NCBI GenBank assembly: GCA_029262735.1
Contig: JAJCYY010000013.1
Location: forward strand, 4,108-68,107
Origin: Chloroflexota bacterium
GTDB taxonomy: Bacteria; Chloroflexota; Dehalococcoidia; Lucifugimonadales; Lucifugimonadaceae
Direction: 5' to 3'
DNA length: 64,000 nt
How positions within the stretch are numbered: the stretch's first letter is position 1; each line of letters opens with the position of its first letter. Of this stretch, positions 8,986 through 18,354 are shown in pieces. Position numbers and translations under genes: made by a program. The notes beneath the pieces were generated by a model that had not been told where the DNA came from, did no database searches, and saw only the letters and a list, made by a program, of their open reading frames with translations.

Positions 8986-10293
8986 GTGAGATCGATGGCC
9001 CACATGATCGAGCAACATTCGGAACCGGACGTAGCCGGTGCCGCTTCGTCAGGAAAGGCACTGGAAGCCAGGAAAACTGTCGTGCGTTTCGGCGGTCACC
9101 GCGTGCTGGGTGGGGTAAGTGTTCGAGTCGTCCCGGGCAAAGTGGTCGGCATCGCCGGTCCGAACGGTAGTGGCAAGACCACGCTGCTTCGCGCAATGGC
9201 CGGCCTCATACGGCTGCACGAAGGCGCGACGCTGATCGGCGGGACAGATATGATCACCATCCCACCGAAGGAGCGCGCCCGTAAAATCGCCTACATGCCG
9301 CAGTCAACGGCCGACCATTCCTTCACGGTCCTTGAGTTTGTTTTGATGGGGCGATATCCACACCTGGGCCGGTTCAGGCTCGAAGGACGCTTGGACGTGG
9401 CACTGGCTGAGGCTGCAATGCGCCGGACTGAAACTCTGGAGTTCGCCGAACGCCGACTCCAGACGCTTTCAGGCGGTGAGAAACAGAGAGTTTCACTTGC
9501 GCGTCTCCTCGTTCAGCAGGCGGATTTCCTGTTGCTCGACGAGCCGACCGCCAGCCTGGACATGCGGCATCAACTGCTGACCATGGCGATGGCGCGTGAA
9601 GAGGCTAGAAGAGGTGCAGGAGTTGCAGTGGTGCTCCACGATCTGTCGTTGGCTGCACGCCATTGTGACCGGTTGGTACTGCTCAATGAAGGTAAAGTCA
9701 ACGGTGAAGGCGATCCGTGGGACGTAGTGACACTGGCAAACCTCAGGAACGTCTTTTCTGTTGATGCGGCTGTGGAACCGGAGCCGATTTCCGGCAAGCC
9801 TTCAGTGTCTGTTATTGGGCTGACGGGTCAGACTGGTGACAGGCGCGACGGTGAGCCTTCCCGCGTTCATATCATCTGTGGGGCCGGTTCCGGCCGAGAC
9901 CTGATGCACCGGCTGGCGCTGGCCGGTCATACGGTTTCTGCATGCGTCCTGGGCCAGGGCGATGCCGATAGCGAGACAGCCGTTCGCCTGAGTATCGAGC
10001 ACATCCCGTCTTCACCGTTTTCTGTAATTTCGCTTGAACAGGACGCGGCCCATCGCAATCTCGTGAGGGAGGCCGACGTCGTCGTGGTGTGTGAGATGGC
10101 CGTCGGACCGGGCAATCTCCGCAACCTGGAGGCGGCTGCTGAGGCGAAACGGCTGATGCTGATAGAGCGGCCAAAGGACAGCCAGTGGGACTACACCGAA
10201 GGGTATGCAGGCAGGGTGTACGACGAGCTTTTGACTCGTGGTGAGGTGGTGCAACGAGAAGACGTGCCGGATGCCGTTCACCGCGTCATTTGA
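8986..10293 (+). CDS. ABC transporter ATP-binding protein (BtuD/FepC-like) with an uncharacterised C-terminal extension of about 170 aa
   Basis: Walker A GPNGSGKTT, signature LSGGEKQR, Walker B FLLLDEPTASLD. The ABC domain ends near aa 265. The remainder (VHIICGAGSGRDLMHRLALAGHTV...) has no motif I recognise. Confidence 0.85.
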   Translation: MRSMAHMIEQHSEPDVAGAASSGKALEARKTVVRFGGHRVLGGVSVRVVPGKVVGIAGPNGSGKTTLLRAMAGLIRLHEGATLIGGTDMITIPPKERARKIAYMPQSTADHSFTVLEFVLMGRYPHLGRFRLEGRLDVALAEAAMRRTETLEFAERRLQTLSGGEKQRVSLARLLVQQADFLLLDEPTASLDMRHQLLTMAMAREEARRGAGVAVVLHDLSLAARHCDRLVLLNEGKVNGEGDPWDVVTLANLRNVFSVDAAVEPEPISGKPSVSVIGLTGQTGDRRDGEPSRVHIICGAGSGRDLMHRLALAGHTVSACVLGQGDADSETAVRLSIEHIPSSPFSVISLEQDAAHRNLVREADVVVVCEMAVGPGNLRNLEAAAEAKRLMLIERPKDSQWDYTEGYAGRVYDELLTRGEVVQREDVPDAVHRVI

Positions 10294-10876
10294 TTCGAAT
10301 CTCGATACCCGCAACCATGAGGTGCACCTCGTCACAGACCGCAGCGACGCGCTGGTTCACGATTCCCTGCAGGTCAGCGAAGACGTTGCCCAGGCGTGTG
10401 GGCGGCGCAACACCGGTGCCGACATCATTGGCTATCAAGACGACGTGTCTTCTGGCTCCTTCAACGGCGGTTGCCAGATCGTCCAGGGCAGGCATAACTT
10501 CTCCCTCCGCCATTGCATAAAAGCCGGGCGAATCCGAATCGCCGCACCTGGCAAGTAAATTTGAGATCCAGACTGTCAGGCAGTCGACAATGACGACCGG
10601 TTCAGGCCCCGGATGGGCCAGGATCTCGGCCAGGACTCCCGGCAAGTTGACAGGCTCTTCAACTGTCTCCCATTCCGCCGGTCGTTCGGACTGATGGCGG
10701 GTTATCCGCTGCTTCATCCCGGTGTCTGCGTCGCGCGAATCCGCAGTGGCGACAAACAGCACGGGCTTGCCGGCAGCCAGTGACCTCGCGTGCTCGGCGG
10801 CATACCGGCTCTTGCCGGACCGCACTCCGCCCAGCACAAAAACGCGGTGTAGAGCTGACTTCGGCTCGTCTTTCAC
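10286..10876 (-). CDS. cobU: Adenosylcobinamide kinase / adenosylcobinamide-phosphate guanylyltransferase
   Basis: 196 aa. P-loop GGVRSGKSRYAE near the N-terminus. Overlapping stop/start with cobS. Confidence 0.85.
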   Translation of the reverse strand: MKDEPKSALHRVFVLGGVRSGKSRYAAEHARSLAAGKPVLFVATADSRDADTGMKQRITRHQSERPAEWETVEEPVNLPGVLAEILAHPGPEPVVIVDCLTVWISNLLARCGDSDSPGFYAMAEGEVMPALDDLATAVEGARRHVVLIANDVGTGVAPPTRLGNVFADLQGIVNQRVAAVCDEVHLMVAGIEIRIK

Positions 10877-11652
10877 CAGATAGCTCCAATATCGAATCCG
10901 GCCTCGATGAGTGCCAGCAAGGTCAGCAATGCGGACAACTCCGAAAGCTCTACAACAGCTCCGTAGATATCACCCGTCACCCCACCGATCGCCCGCCGAG
11001 CATACATCGCAATAAGTGCTCCGATCACAAATGCCACGGCAGCCGCAATTAGCGACGCCGGGTTGCCGAAGACAGCCGTCAGGGCAAGCGCGGTCACGAC
11101 TGCGGTCATCACGGCAAGGCGGGAACTATTCGAGTAGACGGCTCCTATGCCCTGGGCGCGCACATACGGGAACAGGGCGACAACTGCCGACACGGCTCCT
11201 CGGGACAGGACGGCTGCGACCACGAGAACTGACCAGTTTGACGCGGGGTCGAGCTCTGAGACAACTGCCCACCTGACGAGCAAGGCAAGGACTATGGCAG
11301 CGACGCCAAACGCGCCGGTCCGCGGGTCTGCCATAATCTCGAGCTTTCGCTCCCTGGTGCGACCGCCGAGCAGGCCGTCAAAGGAGTCTCCGAGCCCGTC
11401 GATATGTAGCGCTCCTGTGAGAACTACTGGCGTAGTAACCGCCAGCGCCGCGGCCACGGCTACCGGGAATGCCTCTGCTGCTGCGACGAACACACCTGCT
11501 GATGCCAGGCCGATGAGCACTCCGACCAGCGGAAAAAAGGCGAGTGAGTTGGCAAGTGCCCGTTCACGCCCTTCGTCTGATTGGCGCGCTCCGACCGGCA
11601 GAACCGTAAGAAGCCGAAATGCGGCCCAGAATGCGGCCAGTGTTGAGTTCAA
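10873..11652 (-). CDS. cobS: Adenosylcobinamide-GDP ribazoletransferase (cobalamin synthase)
   Basis: 259 aa and polytopic. AFRLLTVLPV start and HIDGLGDSFDGL motif typical of CobS. 4-nt overlaps with both neighbours. Confidence 0.85.
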   Translation of the reverse strand: MNSTLAAFWAAFRLLTVLPVGARQSDEGRERALANSLAFFPLVGVLIGLASAGVFVAAAEAFPVAVAAALAVTTPVVLTGALHIDGLGDSFDGLLGGRTRERKLEIMADPRTGAFGVAAIVLALLVRWAVVSELDPASNWSVLVVAAVLSRGAVSAVVALFPYVRAQGIGAVYSNSSRLAVMTAVVTALALTAVFGNPASLIAAAVAFVIGALIAMYARRAIGGVTGDIYGAVVELSELSALLTLLALIEAGFDIGAIW

Positions 11653-12713
11653 GAGCCTTCGCCATCGGTATCTTGTGCCGGCCCACTCACACTCGCCTCT
11701 TCGAACGTTGCCATCCCATTGTGCAGCGCGAGTGCTGCATCTACGACCGCAAGCGCAAGCGCTGCGCCGGTTCCCTCACCGAGCCTCATGCCGAGGTCAA
11801 GAAGCGGCTCCAGACCCAGGTGAGCCAGTGCAATGCTGTGTCCTGGCTCAACCGAACTATGTCCTGCGATCATGAACTGCACTACCTGCCGATCCAGGTT
11901 TGCAGCAATCAATGCGGCGGAAGTAGAGATGTAGCCGTCGAGCACGACCACCCCCCGTTCAGACGCCGTCCCGATCATCAATCCTGCCAGGAAGCCGATC
12001 TCGAACCCACCGATGCTGGCCAGTACGTCCATGCCGTCTTTCGCTGTGGGCTGGTTCACCTGGATGGCTCGCTCGATGGCCGCGATCTTCAGATTGAGCG
12101 AGGCTTCGTCCACTCCGGTCCCGCGCCCTGTGACCTTGCGTGGCTGCGCTCCGGTGACCATGGCGGTGATCGCGGCCGCGGCGGTCGTGTTGCCAATCCC
12201 CATTTCTCCGGGAACCACCACTGCCCTGCCGTCTCGAGTCAGCGATGCACCCAACGTGGCGCCTGTTTCGACGATGGCTTCTGCCTGTTCCTGGCTCATG
12301 GCTGGACCCTGAGTGAAGTTCGCCGTGCCCTTCGCTGGTCCGACGCGCCTGATCCTGTCATCGGCTGGCAACTCTGATGCGACGCCAGCGTCCACGATGA
12401 CAACTTCCATACCGGCCACACCGGCGAGGACGTTGATCGCGGCGCCACCGGCCAGGAAGTTCGCCATCATCTGCCCGGTAACCGATTGCGGATAGGCGCT
12501 CACACCTTCTTCGGCCACTCCGTGGTCGGCGGCGGCGATAACGGCATATCGCCTGTCGAATCCTGGCCGGGTTGAACCCTGGATACCTGACACCTGTACT
12601 GCGATATCTTCAAGCCGTCCGAGGCTTCCCTGTGGCTTCGTCAACTTGTCTTGCCGGGCTCTTGCGGCGTCAAACACAGCCCGGTCGATACCTGGGATCA
12701 CGGGCAGTTTCAT
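11649..12713 (-). CDS. cobT: Nicotinate-nucleotide--dimethylbenzimidazole phosphoribosyltransferase
   Basis: 354 aa. LTKPQGSLGRLEDIA, AADHGV, GEMGIGNTT and LDLGMRLGEGTGAALA motifs of CobT. Confidence 0.88.
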   Translation of the reverse strand: MKLPVIPGIDRAVFDAARARQDKLTKPQGSLGRLEDIAVQVSGIQGSTRPGFDRRYAVIAAADHGVAEEGVSAYPQSVTGQMMANFLAGGAAINVLAGVAGMEVVIVDAGVASELPADDRIRRVGPAKGTANFTQGPAMSQEQAEAIVETGATLGASLTRDGRAVVVPGEMGIGNTTAAAAITAMVTGAQPRKVTGRGTGVDEASLNLKIAAIERAIQVNQPTAKDGMDVLASIGGFEIGFLAGLMIGTASERGVVVLDGYISTSAALIAANLDRQVVQFMIAGHSSVEPGHSIALAHLGLEPLLDLGMRLGEGTGAALALAVVDAALALHNGMATFEEASVSGPAQDTDGEGS

Positions 12714-12898
12714 CTGGGTCTCATGCCTTTGGGACAGATAATCGTGGTGGGGATAGCGGGTTTGATCTCACATTTTTCGCGAAACGTGATGTTATGCCAT
12801 GTCAGAGTGAATGGTAGAACCGCTTTCCGGTCCGTCGATATCACAGCAGTCCTGCCGACGCCGAAACCTACCCCGCAAGATTCGTTCGCCAACCGGCC

Positions 12899-15800
12899 TC
12901 AACCCCAGTCTTTTGTTTGCAGGATCGGCGTCTCAGACCCGATAGGCACGATGTCTTCCACCACTATGTTCAGCGTTCCTTCGCGTTTGGAGACGGTTCC
13001 TGTAGCCATCAGAAGCTGCGAAACGGTATTCAAGCGTACTCGCTTGTAGACATCCGGCCATATCACAAGCGGGTTGTGCCCGAACTCATCCTCAAGGGTT
13101 ATGAAGGTGGCTTTGCCTGAAGGTCGCTGGCGGCGAATGACAAGTCCGGCGACAGTGATGCGACTGCCCTCCTCGTAGTTCTGGACCTTATCGCTCCTGG
13201 CAACGTTCGCCGGGAGCGACGGCCTGAGACGCGCCATGATGTGGCTTTCCGGGTGCACGCCCATTGCCGCGTACTCGCCCATCATCTGCTCCCACTTCGT
13301 CTCATCAGGCAACGGGACCATGTTCTGATCTTCAGAGAAAGGAAGCACGTGCTGGCTGTTTACCGGTCGATAACGCAGGCCCGCCTCCCAGATCAACGCA
13401 CGCCTGTCTGGCATATCCTCGGCCTGCGCCACGTCATGCGTATTCGCCGATTCCGGAGTGGGATGTTGCCGCTGCTTTTCGTGTGACTCAAAACCCTGAT
13501 CAACGGCAACGGAACTGGAACTTCCAAATCGATCGAACGCTCCTGCTGATGCCATGCCGTCCAGGACCTTCTGCTGTACGCCTGTCCGACGAATGAAGTC
13601 AGCCAGCGATTCGAATTTTCCGAAACGCTCCCTGGTCGCCAGAACGACCTCAGCATTCGGCCTGGTCATTCCATGAACATGTCGGAGGCCCATCCGCATG
13701 ACGCCGTTCTCTATCGAGGCCCACTCTTCACTCAGGTTCGCATCAGGCGGTAGCACTTCTATGGCGTGTCGTTTCGCGTCCTCTTTCAGCGTCTCGAGGT
13801 TGTAGAAGCCCATCGGCTGGTTGTTGAAGATGGCTACGAAGAACTCCAGCGGATAGTGATGTTTGAGCCATGACATCTGGTACGCGGTGATGCCGAAGGC
13901 GTATGCGTGCGCTTCAGGAAACTGGTAAAGCCCGTGGAACTTTCCGAAGATCTTCTCCGCAGCGTCTTGCGGCACTCCTCTGCTGACGGCCCGCTGAATG
14001 AAATCATCCTTCCACTTTGCAACCAGCCGAATGCTGTTGCGGTGTGAGAAGGCGCGCCGCATCCGGTCGCCTTCCAGTGGAGTCATCCCTGCAACATGGA
14101 CCGCAAGCTCTGCAAGCTGGTCCTGGAAGAGCGGAACACCGAGAGTTCGCTCGAGGGCCTCCTTTTCGAAGGGATGGTCATAGACCACTGGCTCCTGGCC
14201 AAGGTGACGGCGTATCAGCATCGAGACGCCGTCGTTTACACCGACGCCCGGCCTGACCGCGCCAACTTCCCATGCCATCTCTTCCAGGTTTTTCGGCTTC
14301 AGCCTGACAACCGTTTGCATCTGGGCAGCCGATTCGATCTGGAAGATGCCAATGGTGTCCGCCCTGTGGATATCCCCGTACACCTCCATGTCCTTGAAGT
14401 TGATCCGTGACAGATCGACCGGACGCTCCCTGTTCCGACGAATCAGTTGCAGTGCCTCAACCATCTGCGAAAGAGCGCCCAACGCAAGGAAGTCGATCTT
14501 CACAAGACCTGCGTCTTCTGATCCGTTCTTCTCCCACTGGATGATGTAACGGCCTTCCATGGCGCTGTTCTGCATCGGCACCACTTCATCCAGCGGCACC
14601 GCGCTCAGGACCATGCCACCCGGGTGCTGCGCCAGGTATTTTGGAAAATTCCTCAGCTGGAGTGAAAGCTCAATCAGGTACTGCCAGACCGGCGCGTCGA
14701 GACGGTGACGGTAGTCCGAGAGCTGCCCCATCTCGCGCGCTATGTCCCTGATCCCGGCGTGGCCGTCCATCTTCTTGATCAGCTTGCCCAGGTCTTCTTC
14801 GGGCAGGTTCAGCGCTTTGCCAAGGTCCCTGATGGCGCCACGCACCTTGTACGTGGAGATCATCCCAGTGAGAGCGGCGAACTTCGGCCCTTTACGATTG
14901 TGGACTCGCAGGATCAGCTCCTCGCGGATCTCCCTGGGGAAGTCGAGATCGATATCCAGCGCGGGCAAATCTTCAGGATTAGCATCTTCTGGCAGGAACC
15001 GGTCCAGCCTGAGGCTGAACTGAAGCGGATCGATGTGAGAGAGGCCGATCAGGTACCCGATGACGAGCGATACGGACGAGCCGCGCCCCCTGCCCGGAGG
15101 GTGATCTTCTATCCTGGTGTCCGACGAGACGATTCCCAGGTCTATCTGGACCTGGTGGGCGATCTTGATAATGTCGTGGTACTGGAGCAGGAAGCCAGCC
15201 AGGTTGTACTTCTCAATCAGGTGGAACTCTCTATCCAGGCGCTCATGCAGCCGTTGCCAGGTGTCCCTGTCGACGTTTTCGTATTTGTAGGTCGCCGCCC
15301 TTTCGCAGATTTCGCGTAGCCATGTGAGTGGCGTGTAGCCTTCAGGCGCGTCGTAGTCCGGGAACTTGTAGATCTTCTTGATGTCGCGCGCCAGGTCAAA
15401 GCTGCAACGCTCTGCAATCAGAATGGAATTGGAGATCGCCTCCGGGTGTTCCCTGTGCAGATAGGACATCTCTTCGGGAGATTTCAGATGGAACTGGTCA
15501 TTGGGACGCCGTTCGCGATGTGTCTCCTCAAGTGACTTGTTGTGCTGAATCGAGACCAGCGCATCGTTGAGCCGGTGACGGTCCCGGGAGTTGTAGTGGA
15601 CGTTGTTGGTTGCGACGGTTCCAATGCCGAGTTCATCGGCTAATCGCACCAGTTGGCGATTGCGTTCCGTATCGCCACGAACAAGATTTTGCTGCAATTC
15701 GAGAAAGAAGCTTTGCTTCCCAAACCACTGGATGTACTGCTCGGCCACCTTCTTTGCTTCGCACTGCTCGCCCAAAAGCAACAGCTCAGATATCTGCCCG

Positions 15801-16459
15801 CGGCGGCATCCTGAAAGGCAGATCACGCCTTCTGAGAAAGTGGCAAAGTACGCCGGGTCAAGTGCGGGCTGGTTCCGCTCTTCAGGGTCCATGTGAGCGT
15901 GAGTGATCAGCTTGCAGATGTTGCTGTACCCGGTTGCTGTCTCGGCCAGGAGTGTGAGGTGATGGCCGCCGAGACCGCTGCCAGAATCTCCAGAACTCTG
16001 GCTGCTGAGAGTGACCTCAACGCCGATGACGGCCTTTATGCCGATCTCTTTCGCCATCTGCGAGAACTCCATCGCCCCGCAAAGGTTGTCGTGGTCGGTG
16101 ATAGCCAATGCATGAATGCCCAGCTTCTTCGCACGCACCAGCAGGTCCCACGCCTCGGAAGCGCCTTCCTTGAAGGAGTAGTTGGTGTGGCAGTGGAGTT
16201 CCGCGTATGGCGTTTCCGGAGGCTCTGACCGTTCTGGAAAATCTTCGCCCTCAGTATCTGAGTAACGAACAAGGCTTCGGCCGCCGCTTATCCAGCCGTC
16301 GTAGACCTTGTTCTCCCAGTTCGGACGCTTATATTCGTTCCTGTTGTCCTCGATCTTGCGTTTGGCAGGCGACGTCCTGTCTCCGCCGGGAGACCCGTTC
16401 ACATGATTTGCGCGCGGCAGCCCGTGCATCTCCTCCATCAATCCGCCTGCCTGAACCAC
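12899..16459 (-). CDS. dnaE2: Error-prone DNA polymerase III alpha-like subunit
   Basis: 1186 aa. N-terminal PHP domain YAELHCHTNYSFKEGAS. Pol III alpha palm/fingers segments and a C-terminal OB region. Located directly downstream of the imuB-like gene. Confidence 0.9.
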   Translation of the reverse strand: MVQAGGLMEEMHGLPRANHVNGSPGGDRTSPAKRKIEDNRNEYKRPNWENKVYDGWISGGRSLVRYSDTEGEDFPERSEPPETPYAELHCHTNYSFKEGASEAWDLLVRAKKLGIHALAITDHDNLCGAMEFSQMAKEIGIKAVIGVEVTLSSQSSGDSGSGLGGHHLTLLAETATGYSNICKLITHAHMDPEERNQPALDPAYFATFSEGVICLSGCRRGQISELLLLGEQCEAKKVAEQYIQWFGKQSFFLELQQNLVRGDTERNRQLVRLADELGIGTVATNNVHYNSRDRHRLNDALVSIQHNKSLEETHRERRPNDQFHLKSPEEMSYLHREHPEAISNSILIAERCSFDLARDIKKIYKFPDYDAPEGYTPLTWLREICERAATYKYENVDRDTWQRLHERLDREFHLIEKYNLAGFLLQYHDIIKIAHQVQIDLGIVSSDTRIEDHPPGRGRGSSVSLVIGYLIGLSHIDPLQFSLRLDRFLPEDANPEDLPALDIDLDFPREIREELILRVHNRKGPKFAALTGMISTYKVRGAIRDLGKALNLPEEDLGKLIKKMDGHAGIRDIAREMGQLSDYRHRLDAPVWQYLIELSLQLRNFPKYLAQHPGGMVLSAVPLDEVVPMQNSAMEGRYIIQWEKNGSEDAGLVKIDFLALGALSQMVEALQLIRRNRERPVDLSRINFKDMEVYGDIHRADTIGIFQIESAAQMQTVVRLKPKNLEEMAWEVGAVRPGVGVNDGVSMLIRRHLGQEPVVYDHPFEKEALERTLGVPLFQDQLAELAVHVAGMTPLEGDRMRRAFSHRNSIRLVAKWKDDFIQRAVSRGVPQDAAEKIFGKFHGLYQFPEAHAYAFGITAYQMSWLKHHYPLEFFVAIFNNQPMGFYNLETLKEDAKRHAIEVLPPDANLSEEWASIENGVMRMGLRHVHGMTRPNAEVVLATRERFGKFESLADFIRRTGVQQKVLDGMASAGAFDRFGSSSSVAVDQGFESHEKQRQHPTPESANTHDVAQAEDMPDRRALIWEAGLRYRPVNSQHVLPFSEDQNMVPLPDETKWEQMMGEYAAMGVHPESHIMARLRPSLPANVARSDKVQNYEEGSRITVAGLVIRRQRPSGKATFITLEDEFGHNPLVIWPDVYKRVRLNTVSQLLMATGTVSKREGTLNIVVEDIVPIGSETPILQTKDWG

Positions 16460-16797
16460 TCGTCATTGACAAGATCGTGGAACACAGTCAGGCGCTGACT
16501 GCTCTGCAACACAAGGTCGAAGTAGACCCTTTCGATCTCCTGCTCTTCGCCTCGCCACCACTCATCGTTGATCTTCCAGAAATCCTCGATCGAAACCACA
16601 TCCATCCACTGTCCGTCGCTGCGTATCGCCTCCAGCTTCTGGGCGGGACGAAGCTGCCTTCGCTGCCGTCTCCGATGCGGCGCGCCAGTCTGTTTCATGG
16701 CTCCGATCTGCACGCGCTCCGGCATCCCTGTCGGGCCAGTCTCCACCTGCACCGGCTGCGGAGCGTTCAACTGCTGGATTGTGCGAACCGTTGTCAC
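16438..16797 (-). CDS. Hypothetical small Arg/Trp-rich protein between imuB and dnaE2
   Basis: 119-aa ORF on the same strand. It starts 21 nt after the imuB stop and overlaps the annotated dnaE2 start by 22 nt. No motif recognised. Confidence 0.55.
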   Translation of the reverse strand: MTTVRTIQQLNAPQPVQVETGPTGMPERVQIGAMKQTGAPHRRRQRRQLRPAQKLEAIRSDGQWMDVVSIEDFWKINDEWWRGEEQEIERVYFDLVLQSSQRLTVFHDLVNDEWFRQAD

Positions 16798-16817
16798 CAG
16801 GATCTCCTCAATAGCCC

Positions 16818-18080
16818 TTAGTGGCTCAGTTGAACCAGCGCGTGCCGGCGTTCAGGTATGCGAGACCACGGCTCAAGTTCCTTTACCTGGTAGATGGGAG
16901 GCGCCAGCCTTAGCCTGGCCGCCAGCTGCGCAACGGCCTGTTGCAGGTTGTCCTCGCGCTGGACCTCCTTCCACATCGACTCCTGCCGCCACGGTTCTGA
17001 GCTCAGGTCGGCAAGTGTCAATCGGAGGTCTTCGAGGGCTCCCGGAAACTCGACTCCATCGAGCTTTGTCTTGATCCCGAACATGGCATGATTCTTCGCC
17101 CCGACAGGCTCTTTGAACGCTACCTCCATGACCCACGGCGGCTTGCGAAAGACCTGCGCCTGCAGACGTGCCTTGCGGGCGTAACGGCGCGTCATTTGAG
17201 ATTTCGTGAATGCCTTGCCAAGCAAACTTTCGATAGCGGAAACGATGGTCGCAATGCTGACGGTAGGATCGGGAAAGGCCAGGTACTCGGAGACCGATTC
17301 GATCAGTTTACGCGGGACCAGGGGCTGCTCGTCTATGCCGTTCGCAAGCCTCCATATCAGCCGTCCGGCCAGGCCGAACTGTGCCTCTACCGGACCCTGC
17401 CGGAGCTTTGCCAGGTCAGCCAGTGTGCGGAGCCCGAACCTGTAAAGCCTCTCGATGATCTTGAATGGCACAGGCAGAAGCTCTATCGAGAATCCGCCGA
17501 CGAACCGCGCCGGGTCACCTTTCACCATCTGTGCGGTATGCGGGCTGCTCAGAAGAGACGCCAGGTACGCCTGCCATTTGTTCTCACCAATGCCTATGCG
17601 CAGGTCAAAACTACCAGCGGTTTCAGCCAGTAGCCGGATCACTTCACCGGCCGTTCCGTAAAGCCGGTCTAGCCCGCTAAAGTCGATATACGCCACTCCC
17701 GGCCCGGCGTCCTCGACAGCCGGAATGAGCTGCTCGAACTCAATGAGCAGGCTCTCAAATCCAGAGACATAAAGAGGCAGGTCTCCCTGGATCAATAGAG
17801 CATTGCTGTGACGCGACAGGGCGATCCTCAGCGGCATTCCTACTGTCACGTCTGTGATCCCGGCTGAGAAGTCGAGAACGACCGGCTCAGAGAGGCTCAG
17901 GTCTTTGCGAGTGTTTATGCCGTTGCCGAAACTCGTCTGCGGAAGGTCCAGCGCCGAGCACGTCACAAGCACCGGCCGGTCCCCATCAAGAGACGGCTGT
18001 CTGCCAACTTCAACCTGCCAGCAGAAGTTAGGCACACGAACGCATGCCACCTGGCGTTTTTTTTGCTCTGGCCGTTGCAC
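16818..18080 (-). CDS. imuB: ImuB-like Y-family DNA polymerase homologue
   Basis: 420 aa. Y-family style N-terminus (VACVRVPNFCWQVE). Position is upstream of dnaE2 and downstream of an SOS box. Confidence 0.75.
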   Translation of the reverse strand: MQRPEQKKRQVACVRVPNFCWQVEVGRQPSLDGDRPVLVTCSALDLPQTSFGNGINTRKDLSLSEPVVLDFSAGITDVTVGMPLRIALSRHSNALLIQGDLPLYVSGFESLLIEFEQLIPAVEDAGPGVAYIDFSGLDRLYGTAGEVIRLLAETAGSFDLRIGIGENKWQAYLASLLSSPHTAQMVKGDPARFVGGFSIELLPVPFKIIERLYRFGLRTLADLAKLRQGPVEAQFGLAGRLIWRLANGIDEQPLVPRKLIESVSEYLAFPDPTVSIATIVSAIESLLGKAFTKSQMTRRYARKARLQAQVFRKPPWVMEVAFKEPVGAKNHAMFGIKTKLDGVEFPGALEDLRLTLADLSSEPWRQESMWKEVQREDNLQQAVAQLAARLRLAPPIYQVKELEPWSRIPERRHALVQLSH

Positions 18081-18178
18081 AGCTAAGGGCGCGTTCCGAA
18101 GGAGTGATCAGGTTGCAGCGATAGAGCCTTAGTAGCCAACGAGATGCTCCGAATACGGGTAATATTCATGGGTTACTG

Positions 18179-18206
18179 ATAATAGAACATGTGTTCTGTT
18201 TGTCAA
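18179..18206 (-). promoter_or_regulatory. Sigma-70-like promoter with embedded LexA (SOS) box
   Basis: Minus strand reads TTGACA-16 nt-TATTAT (-35 at 18201-18206, -10 at 18179-18184). The spacer holds the palindrome AGAACACATGTTCT (18184-18197), matching the GAAC-N4-GTTC Cheo-box core. Confidence 0.75.
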
Positions 18207-18354
18207 TGCGAGAAAGGGTCAATTAGGCGGTCTATTGAGCGACATCCGCCTGGCGAGGAATCTCTCAGGTGTAAGGCACTGTGAGGAGTTGACTCTCGCC
18301 CACAGTTTCTATGTGCCGGGCGGGTGGGTGCAGACGCGATAGCCGAATCCGCCG

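Noticed and set aside
12714-12898. A possible second cobalamin riboswitch upstream of cobT (minus strand).
   Set aside because: I read the reverse complement and found neither a GGGAA…GGTG…AATCC core nor an AGYCAGGAGACCTGCC B12-box. There were only vague G-rich similarity patches.
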